IMG/VR virus record: IMGVR_UViG_3300012667_000260
Coordinates: 1 to 31,599 of that record
DNA: 31,599 nt
DNA from: a virus
Taxonomy: Duplodnaviria > Caudoviricetes
Direction: 5' to 3' (one strand)
The notes under the pieces were generated by a model. The model was not told where the DNA came from and made no database searches. It saw nothing but the letters and a program-made list of their open reading frames with translations. The translations under genes were made by a program, and so were the position numbers. Position 1 is the first letter of the stretch. The number at the start of each line of letters is the position of its first letter. Below are positions 24,517 through 31,599 of this stretch, piece after piece.

Positions 24517-25023
24517 TTAGATACCTAAAGCGGTAACAACTGAACTCTGCAATTTGTAAGGTGCTTCCGCTTCGATAGCAGAAAGAGTAACTTCATAACC
24601 GTTACTATCGCCCATAGCAGTACCAGTGTTCGCAACCATTGCAGTCACATCACATCCGTACTCCTTACCAACCAACCAATACTCATCGTTGTTGTTCTTA
24701 ACGATGCAATAGCAACGACCTTGAGCAAGGAGCTTCATTTCGTTACGCTTGGTGGTTGACAATCTGCGAAGTTTGAAAACAACATCCGATTGATTGAATG
24801 ATGTTCCGTTCTCAACAGATACATTGGTTGTGGTTGTTAATGATCCAGTACCTTTAGGCAACTCGTAATCATAAACATCTCCACTTGCAACAGTTGTGGC
24901 AGTTACTTCACCACTTGCAACGGTGAACTTTGAATCAACCCAAGAAATCAAGTGGATTGATTTGATACCTCCGACTGCATCTTTGCAATCAAGAGTGAAT
25001 CCTTGTGTGAGTAAACAAGCCAT
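24517..25023 (-). CDS. Major tail tube protein (putative)
   Basis: MACLLTQGFTLDCKDAVGGIK...GTAMGDSNGYEVTL; co-transcribed with the capsid gene and followed by a terminator. Confidence 0.7.
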   Translation of the reverse strand: MACLLTQGFTLDCKDAVGGIKSIHLISWVDSKFTVASGEVTATTVASGDVYDYELPKGTGSLTTTTNVSVENGTSFNQSDVVFKLRRLSTTKRNEMKLLAQGRCYCIVKNNNDEYWLVGKEYGCDVTAMVANTGTAMGDSNGYEVTLSAIEAEAPYKLQSSVVTALGI

Positions 25024-25035
25024 CAGTTAAAAAGA

Positions 25036-25965
25036 TTAAAGGGTGAAGTAAACGATTTCGCCTGGGAATGCAACCTGAACACCAGCCTTGAAAGTGAAAC
25101 GAACACGAACTTCATCGTTGTCCTGTGAATACCACATTTTCACTTCTTCTTGCTCATCAATCAAGTCAGTACCCATAAAGAAGTTGCTCAAAGAACCAGC
25201 GTGAATCTTGTTAGTTCCATTCAAACCACCTACGGCAATTACTTTCATATTTGTACCGGGGTAGATCATCTCCATTGAAGTGGCAGCATCGGCAACATAG
25301 TGGAACAAGTTAGCGTTCTTCAAGTTAACCAACATCAACTTGTAAACATCAATTCCAACGAAACAAACCAAGTCATTCTTTTCAGCAACGGCAGCGGGGA
25401 TGTTAGCGTAGATTTGATCCAAGATATCATCAACATTCGCAGCGGTGATTGAAGTGAAGGTAGTTGGTGCAGCGTTCGCCAATACTGGAGAAGCGGCAGC
25501 AACGATTTTGGTGAATCCGTCAAAACGGTTTAAGTTAGGGTTACCAGAAGCGGTATCACCTTGCCACATTGCAACTTCCAAAGTTTGTGCAATAACGGCA
25601 GCCTTTTCAGCACCTACTTGCTCTTCAAAAGGAATCATAGTTGGTGAACCGGGCATGATTTGAGTTTGCATCCACTTGGCTTCCAATGTCTTTGGGCAAA
25701 GAGTTTCTTCAACTTTTACAGCACCAACGGTGATGTTTCTTTGAGTGAAGGCAGTTGTACCACTTGGGTTGTAACCACAACCGTCTGCTTGGAAGAAAAC
25801 AGTTGAAGCAAGGATGTTCAAAGCGGCAGCAGATTTGATACCTACTTGAACTTGGTTAGAAGATTGCAACAAGGTTGCAGTTTTTGAGCCGAAAAGGGCT
25901 TTTACCAACAAGTCAGTTGACTGTTCGTTGGTGTAATTAGCGAGAGATCCTACTGAGAATGCCAT
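25036..25965 (-). CDS. Major capsid protein
   Basis: 309 aa, after protease and scaffold; EETLCPKTLE, WQGDT, FDGF. Confidence 0.8.
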   Translation of the reverse strand: MAFSVGSLANYTNEQSTDLLVKALFGSKTATLLQSSNQVQVGIKSAAALNILASTVFFQADGCGYNPSGTTAFTQRNITVGAVKVEETLCPKTLEAKWMQTQIMPGSPTMIPFEEQVGAEKAAVIAQTLEVAMWQGDTASGNPNLNRFDGFTKIVAAASPVLANAAPTTFTSITAANVDDILDQIYANIPAAVAEKNDLVCFVGIDVYKLMLVNLKNANLFHYVADAATSMEMIYPGTNMKVIAVGGLNGTNKIHAGSLSNFFMGTDLIDEQEEVKMWYSQDNDEVRVRFTFKAGVQVAFPGEIVYFTL

Positions 25966-25969
25966 AGTT

Positions 25970-26506
25970 TTATTTGTTTATTGCGTTTTTGAATTTTTTA
26001 AGTGCTTCAAACTGATCATTCTTTTTGTTTGAAACGGGGGTTTTGATTGGGGTTTCGCTTGGTAAGTCAGCAACTTTCTCAATCAAGTCAATTGCTTTGC
26101 TCATTGCTTCTTTGTGCTGGTTGTTAGATGCAGACAAAGCCACAACTTTTGCAGACAATTCAGCGATTGCACTTTCCAACTTGCTTACAACATCATTGAA
26201 ATGAGATACGGTTGCAAACTCTTCTTTGGCTTCAATCTCAATTTCAATTTCAGGTTCAACGATTTCAGTAACGATTCCGTCAACAGTTGTTACCAACAAA
26301 CCACCTTCAACCTCGTGAGTTGCGTCAGGTGCTGGGATTGAACCTTCAGCAGTTTGAACAAAGATGGCAGTTCCTACAACCAATTCACCTTCCCATTCAA
26401 CGATTGTTCCATCAGTCAAGGTGGCAGTTGCCATCTCAACTTTGATTTCTTCTTCGGAGAATCCCAACATCGTGCGGATTTCCTTGAGTGTTTCTTTTGC
26501 GTTCAT
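25970..26506 (-). CDS. Capsid scaffolding protein (putative)
   Basis: Acidic with a C-terminal coiled coil, between protease and capsid. Confidence 0.65.
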   Translation of the reverse strand: MNAKETLKEIRTMLGFSEEEIKVEMATATLTDGTIVEWEGELVVGTAIFVQTAEGSIPAPDATHEVEGGLLVTTVDGIVTEIVEPEIEIEIEAKEEFATVSHFNDVVSKLESAIAELSAKVVALSASNNQHKEAMSKAIDLIEKVADLPSETPIKTPVSNKKNDQFEALKKFKNAINK

Positions 26507-26514
26507 TTTGATAT

Positions 26515-26538
26515 AAATTAGATTTTGTTTTTACTTGT
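26515..26538 (-). promoter_or_regulatory. Candidate late promoter variant ACA-N13-TCTAATTT
   Basis: Same spacing, upstream of the scaffold-capsid-tube unit. Confidence 0.5.
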
Positions 26539-26545
26539 TGCAATT

Positions 26546-27412
26546 TTACTTTCCATTCCACCTTGAGAGAATCTCTTTCATCTGCTCAATCAGTTGTTCT
26601 TCTTTGTCTTCGGGGAAATCAAAAACACCTTCCACAGAGAATCCTTTGAACTCACCGGATTTCACTTTTGCCCACACCTCATCGTTGTCAATTAAGTACG
26701 AGACAAACCAACTTCCATCGGCAACCTCTTCAAATCCTTTCGGTGGCATCACACCTCTTTCACGATCTATGATGTATGATTCAAACAAGCTCACTCCATT
26801 CATTATGGGTGTCTTGTGATGTGCGTTCACGGAGTTGTACTGGTTTGACCTCGCCCACTTCTTCGCAATCTTGAAGATAGATTCCTTGTCAAATACCACA
26901 TAGTATTCACCACGAATGTCATCTCTGCGATAGATGGGTAAATCGGCAATCATCGCAGCACCAGTAACGATTCTTTTCTCCTCATCTTGGATGGCAAATT
27001 TACTCGCTGACAATTTGCGTTCTGTCCAACGAAGCATCTCTTCACCACCCCACAACAAATACGAGATTGTCCCACAAGCGGTATCATCGTTTGGATTGTA
27101 GTACTCTTTTGCTCTTGATAGGTATGAATAAATCCGTTGAACGGTGTCATCGCTTATCGGTTCACCTTGTGCCAATTGCTGACCTCTCACCTTGCCCACT
27201 TGAGTTGCACACTGGTTGCCGTTCTCCTCGTTCAACCGGATACCTCTTTCGGCATTGGCTTTCGCACCTTCAGGATAATCCGTGTAACTTTCAAATTCAC
27301 TGAATGCGAGAAAATCCTTTTGAATGGCTGCGTTTTCAACAAGAGAAACAAAGTCAATCCCTGTCTCCTCGTCAAATTCGTTGATGTCTAATTTGTAAAC
27401 TGGAAGTTTCAT
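26546..27412 (-). CDS. Prohead protease (XkdF-like) with an inserted domain of about 95 aa
   Basis: VSLVENAAIQ, DEEKRIVTG, ESYII, GSWF, GEFKGFSVEG; start MKLPVY at 27412. Confidence 0.75.
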   Translation of the reverse strand: MKLPVYKLDINEFDEETGIDFVSLVENAAIQKDFLAFSEFESYTDYPEGAKANAERGIRLNEENGNQCATQVGKVRGQQLAQGEPISDDTVQRIYSYLSRAKEYYNPNDDTACGTISYLLWGGEEMLRWTERKLSASKFAIQDEEKRIVTGAAMIADLPIYRRDDIRGEYYVVFDKESIFKIAKKWARSNQYNSVNAHHKTPIMNGVSLFESYIIDRERGVMPPKGFEEVADGSWFVSYLIDNDEVWAKVKSGEFKGFSVEGVFDFPEDKEEQLIEQMKEILSRWNGK

Positions 27413-27419
27413 CTTATTC

Positions 27420-27426
27420 AAATAGC
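27420..27426 (-). promoter_or_regulatory. Late-motif core GCTATTT (upstream ACA not conserved)
   Basis: 14 nt from G to ATG 27412. Confidence 0.45.
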
Positions 27427-27427
27427 A

Positions 27428-29191
27428 TTATCTTACAACGGATACCCTTTTTGTGTTTCCAACCCTTGCTTGTGATCGGCTGATGTCACCTTCGGTCACA
27501 AATACTTTCTGCGGAAATCCCGCACCAGTTTCCGTAGGCAATGAAGATGATGTCAAATTAGGAGGATTGATTGCAATGGGTGACGCACTCACACCACCTT
27601 GACCGCTTCCACCGGAAAGGATTTGTTTTGCCTTTGCTACATTCGCCAAAATCCTTGCCACACCTTGAGCATAATATGCAGCGGTGAACAAAGGAGTTGC
27701 AGGTCCGAGAATACCAGCGACCTTCGCAGATGCTTGAGCAGATTCCGCATTTAAACCCGAAAACGCAATCGCACTATCAATGGCAATTTCAACCAATGCA
27801 ATGCCCTTTTGAATGTTCTCTCGCTTCTTCTCTTCGTTGGTCAAGATGGTATTCAAAGAAGTCAAGCCATCAACGGTGCTTTTGGCAATTGATAATTTGG
27901 CATCTTTAATTTGATTAGCAGTTTTGATTTCAATATCTGCTCTTTCTTTTGCATATTTTTCTGTAGTTGCCGTGAGTTCTGCTTGTTGAGTTTCTTCAAT
28001 TATTTTCCTTTGAGTTCCATATAAAGTCAAAATGTATTCACGACCACCTTCAATGTCTTTATATTTCTTCAACATCTCCTCTTTCTCTTTCTCCATTAAT
28101 TCAAGTTTATCTCTTGTACCCCGTTCAATATTTACTTTTTCTTGGTCTTCTCTGGCTTCAAGATTTTGGATTGCATCTTCATTTTGCTTGATGTAGGTTG
28201 CTGTAATAATATCGGATTTGGCTTCATCCAATTGAACCAATCTATCATTTATCGCTTCGCTCTCTTTTACAAATTCTTTTGCTTTATCGGAGACAAATTT
28301 TTCCCTTTCCGCATCAATGACTTTCAAAGTATTGTTGTATTCACGATACAATCTTGCTTCTTCAATTAATTCTTCTTCGGTCAGTTTAACGCCTTGCTTT
28401 TTGCGTTCTTCAATCAATGCGATGTTGTTTCTTATCAGCTCTTTTCTCTGCTCAAAGATTTCCAACTCTTTCCCTCCAGCAATTTCCAACAACGCAATCT
28501 CTTGTTCAACTTCTTCATTGGAAAGTTCAATTGATTTCTTGAATGCTTTGTAGTTCCTTTCGGCTTGTGAAGTTACTCCGATGAAATCTGTAAAACTTTG
28601 AACTAAATTTCCAATGACTTCTCCAATGGTTTTCAATCCGGGAATTGCATTGGTCACCGCAGCACTCAACTTCTCAAAGTTGCCGACAACATACGCCAAA
28701 GAAATTGCCAACAACCCTATTCCACTCGCTGCAATCGCACCCCTCAAAGTTGTGAATGCAGTTACAACCTTACCTTTGATTGTACTTGCCAACGCTCCAA
28801 ATTGTTGTTGAACCTTTCCAAGACCTTCAAGACCTTCAGCCAATGCCATTGCCCCCTGAAGTTTAATCATTGTCTTCTCAAGTTCTTCGGATTGCGTTCC
28901 AAACAACGCCACCGCACCTTGTGCTGCTTGAAATCCTCTTGCCAAACCTTGAACAACCGTGTTGATTTGTGCAAACTTATCGGGGTTCAATGCTGCAACA
29001 CGATCATTGAAATCCTCCATTGTATCTCGTGCTTGTGCAAGTGCTTGTTCTGCTCTTCTTGCTTCAGGTGAGAATGCACCAAATTCCTTTACTGCTCTTT
29101 GAGCATCAAGTGTTAATTGTCTAATCTCTGCCTTCATTGAACTGAAGGAAGGTTTTTTGACCGTTAAGTCAATTGCTGCTGTTATTGCCAT
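27428..29191 (-). CDS. Tape measure-like protein
   Basis: Ala/Gly amphipathic segments (AIAASGIGLLAISL) and long coiled coils, 587 aa. Confidence 0.75.
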   Translation of the reverse strand: MAITAAIDLTVKKPSFSSMKAEIRQLTLDAQRAVKEFGAFSPEARRAEQALAQARDTMEDFNDRVAALNPDKFAQINTVVQGLARGFQAAQGAVALFGTQSEELEKTMIKLQGAMALAEGLEGLGKVQQQFGALASTIKGKVVTAFTTLRGAIAASGIGLLAISLAYVVGNFEKLSAAVTNAIPGLKTIGEVIGNLVQSFTDFIGVTSQAERNYKAFKKSIELSNEEVEQEIALLEIAGGKELEIFEQRKELIRNNIALIEERKKQGVKLTEEELIEEARLYREYNNTLKVIDAEREKFVSDKAKEFVKESEAINDRLVQLDEAKSDIITATYIKQNEDAIQNLEAREDQEKVNIERGTRDKLELMEKEKEEMLKKYKDIEGGREYILTLYGTQRKIIEETQQAELTATTEKYAKERADIEIKTANQIKDAKLSIAKSTVDGLTSLNTILTNEEKKRENIQKGIALVEIAIDSAIAFSGLNAESAQASAKVAGILGPATPLFTAAYYAQGVARILANVAKAKQILSGGSGQGGVSASPIAINPPNLTSSSLPTETGAGFPQKVFVTEGDISRSQARVGNTKRVSVVR

Positions 29192-31599
29192 TATTTTTCT
29201 GCTATTATAAAGTAATCCACGCCATCCGTTTCAAAGATGTGTGATGCCCATTGATTGTTGATTGTATGTGTATCCCCTCCGTCAATCTTTGCAGTTCCAG
29301 TTGTGTCAACAGTTACCGTGTGTGATGAAGCAAGTTTTTTGATTGCAAATTGTTTCCCACTTAAAGCAGTTGGATCAGGTAAGGTAATGGTGATTGCACC
29401 CGTTGTTGTATCACACAAAAACAATCTATCATCTTTTGTTGCCGTTGTGTTTGCCGTTATTGTCTTAACTGAACCACCACTCAAGAATGATGGATACATC
29501 TCGTAATTGCCGACATACAATGTGTCCTTTTTAGTAACTGCAAAATCATTACATAATATCGCAGCACTCCCATCAGTTCCTGCTTGGAATGTCGTGTTTG
29601 TAGATACCACGCAAAATGAATCCTTCGCATTGTTGTTTTGAACCACACCATCTCCTTGAACCAATCCTCCACCACCTTGTGAAATACCAACAGTCACTCC
29701 TTTGATGCCCGGCTTGAATGGTCTGTTTCCACCCGGATAAGTATCACCATAGGTTTCCCCTTGCTGACCTTGTCCAGTTCCTGCACCAATGGTCTTTTGA
29801 ACTATGGTTGCTGGTTGAATGAATTGAGCCAATAAGAACTCACACAAATACACACCATCTTCACTTGGATTGTAATCCTCAATTTTATTCAATCTCCAAT
29901 ACTGACCTTCAAAAAAGTAAGCATCAGCAAAAGACAAGTTCAACCAATCCTTTGGCGTAATTCTAAAGTATCCCCTAAACAACTTGGAATTGCTTCCAGT
30001 TATTTCCGACAAAAACCGATAATAGAAATTATTTACAAGGTTTGAATTTGTGTATTTGTAACCAGCACCGATTCCGATTTCTTTCGGCATTCCAAAGAGA
30101 ATGTCAAAAGTTGGGTTGGTGATTGAATCGTAATGCAATGTCAATGGCAAGGAATAACGGTTTGCGTAATTTAAACCAACTCCAGCATATTGCGACCACA
30201 ACCTCCAATTCACACCAGTAATTAACCCACTATAGTACAGAATCCTCAAATCACCATCCTGATTGTTTGGCATATACGACAAGACAAAATTCTTTTGCGA
30301 GTTGTACGACCTTACTTGAGTTGGAGAAAAGGCAATCTCAATCTTCTTCTCGTTCTTAATAAATTGGTTGTCTACCTTGTATGTTCGTGAACCGTAGTTT
30401 GATTGGTAGTTTTCTTGATAGGTGACATTCGCATCATCCTTACCTTCTTTGTATGTGAACACATATGGGTTTGCTTCAAGTTCGCCCATAGGCACAATTT
30501 CCACACTTTGTGAATAATCTAACTTTGCTGTCCAATCAATTTGACTGCCGTTGTAGAATTCATCACGAGGAACAATGCGTAGTTGCTTTGGATTGTCTCT
30601 GTTGGGTTCAATGTAAAGGTTGAACATCTTGATGAAAGACATCAGCAAATCACTTTGTTTGATCTCCGAATTCAAGAACACCCCAAAATCAACTGTTTCA
30701 CCATAACCAAAGGTGTATGATGTTTGGTCATTCTCCATATAAGAGCCAATCCCCATATCAAGTTGGAATTGTGCATTGGTTAAATTGTAAGTATTGGCTT
30801 GATCCCATACTTGAGCCAAGCGGATGTCAACCACCTCACCTGATAGCAAGGTTATTGGTTGGAAATACAACGCCACATTGAACGCTGGAGAGCCAAAATC
30901 AACGGTTACAGTTGCAGTTGTCTTCAATACCCCATTGGCATACAAGCCAAATACAAGCCAAATGTCCTCTTGGAATGTCGGGGTATAGCCAGTTGAAGCG
31001 TAATTCAAAGACAAGTTTACATCAAAAACAAAGTTACCGCCTACAGGCAAGGTGTATTGTCCGGTTGTGTTGTTGTAATGACCTCCGTTATCATAGTTCC
31101 CACCGCTTGAATCGTTTTGAAACAACAAGATTGAGTTCAAATCAAGGGATTGGTTTGTTGTGATGCGAGAAGCTCTAAATCTTCTTGATTCCAATATAGA
31201 TGCATCCGCAGTCAATGAGGATGGATTTGGGAGAATTAATCGCTTGAACTTTTCGTTGTTGAAGTACGAATCGTTTGTGTAGGTAAACCCTGAATTCGTG
31301 AATATCTTGTCAACAACCGTCTTTGCATAAAGGCAAGGTGTGAATTGATTTGTCTCCCAAATAGTGATGTTTGACGGATGACCTTTGTCAATCATTGCGT
31401 AGACATACCCATCACCATAGGCGAAGGCTTGTGGACTTCCGTTCTTGTATATTTGGGCATCCCAAGAATCAATGACATTCCCACTTGACAAGGTATGGTT
31501 GTATTCCGTGAAATCTAATTGATTCAGTTTAAGGTCTGCAATGTTGGTGAACAAATCCGCAGATTGTCCGTGACAAGTTACCTCATACACGATGTGAGT
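29191..31599 (-). CDS. Large tail tip/hub protein, C-terminal part (begins at 322 across the junction)
   Basis: 799-aa visible part; FIKMFNLY, IDWTAKLD, YWRLNKIEDYNP; C-terminal fibre-like CDTTTGAITITLP domain. Confidence 0.8.
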   Translation of the reverse strand, partial: THIVYEVTCHGQSADLFTNIADLKLNQLDFTEYNHTLSSGNVIDSWDAQIYKNGSPQAFAYGDGYVYAMIDKGHPSNITIWETNQFTPCLYAKTVVDKIFTNSGFTYTNDSYFNNEKFKRLILPNPSSLTADASILESRRFRASRITTNQSLDLNSILLFQNDSSGGNYDNGGHYNNTTGQYTLPVGGNFVFDVNLSLNYASTGYTPTFQEDIWLVFGLYANGVLKTTATVTVDFGSPAFNVALYFQPITLLSGEVVDIRLAQVWDQANTYNLTNAQFQLDMGIGSYMENDQTSYTFGYGETVDFGVFLNSEIKQSDLLMSFIKMFNLYIEPNRDNPKQLRIVPRDEFYNGSQIDWTAKLDYSQSVEIVPMGELEANPYVFTYKEGKDDANVTYQENYQSNYGSRTYKVDNQFIKNEKKIEIAFSPTQVRSYNSQKNFVLSYMPNNQDGDLRILYYSGLITGVNWRLWSQYAGVGLNYANRYSLPLTLHYDSITNPTFDILFGMPKEIGIGAGYKYTNSNLVNNFYYRFLSEITGSNSKLFRGYFRITPKDWLNLSFADAYFFEGQYWRLNKIEDYNPSEDGVYLCEFLLAQFIQPATIVQKTIGAGTGQGQQGETYGDTYPGGNRPFKPGIKGVTVGISQGGGGLVQGDGVVQNNNAKDSFCVVSTNTTFQAGTDGSAAILCNDFAVTKKDTLYVGNYEMYPSFLSGGSVKTITANTTATKDDRLFLCDTTTGAITITLPDPTALSGKQFAIKKLASSHTVTVDTTGTAKIDGGDTHTINNQWASHIFETDGVDYFIIAEK
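31581..31599. repeat. Terminal direct repeat, right copy
   Basis: Identical to 1-19. Confidence 0.95.

Noticed and set aside
168-31163. All plus-strand ORFs in the track
   Set aside because: Short, antisense to well-supported minus-strand genes, with no recognisable motifs
1-31599. Alternative genetic code, tRNA genes, integrase
   Set aside because: Standard code gives dense, intact, coupled genes; no cloverleaf or recombinase motif recognised (tRNAscan-SE and HMM searches not run)

Overview
The window is an apparently complete, circularly assembled tailed-phage genome of about 31,580 bp. Bases 1-19 repeat at 31581-31599, and the last ORF reads in frame across the junction to an ATG at 322. 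All credible genes lie on the minus strand. Host-type promoters (TTTG-N20-TAnnTTTG) point to a Bacteroidota host. The early module has an HTH regulator, ERF annealase, YqaJ exonuclease, an initiator with internal iterons, DnaB, a C5 methyltransferase, a DnaA-domain-IV protein and an ECF-like sigma factor. The packaging module has HNH, TerS, two glycosyltransferases and TerL. The siphovirus-like structural and lysis module has a frameshifted tail chaperone, tail proteins, tape measure, XkdF-like protease, scaffold, capsid, tail tube, fibre, lysin, holin, portal, a GIY-YIG endonuclease and neck proteins. No integrase, DNA polymerase, tRNA or CRISPR array was recognised. The most notable features are: (1) a C5 methyltransferase split over two fully overlapping reading frames, the second holding motif IX and five tandem LPTP modules; (2) a kissing-loop plus terminator RNA leader directly upstream of the replication initiator; (3) a bipartite AC(A/G)-N13-(G/T)CTA(T/A) motif 13-16 nt before late start codons, a candidate promoter for the phage sigma; (4) a 19-bp pseudo-palindromic operator at three early promoters; (5) GCGC/CGCG avoidance broken only in the tail-fibre gene. 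All protein calls come from motif recognition by eye; no database search was run.
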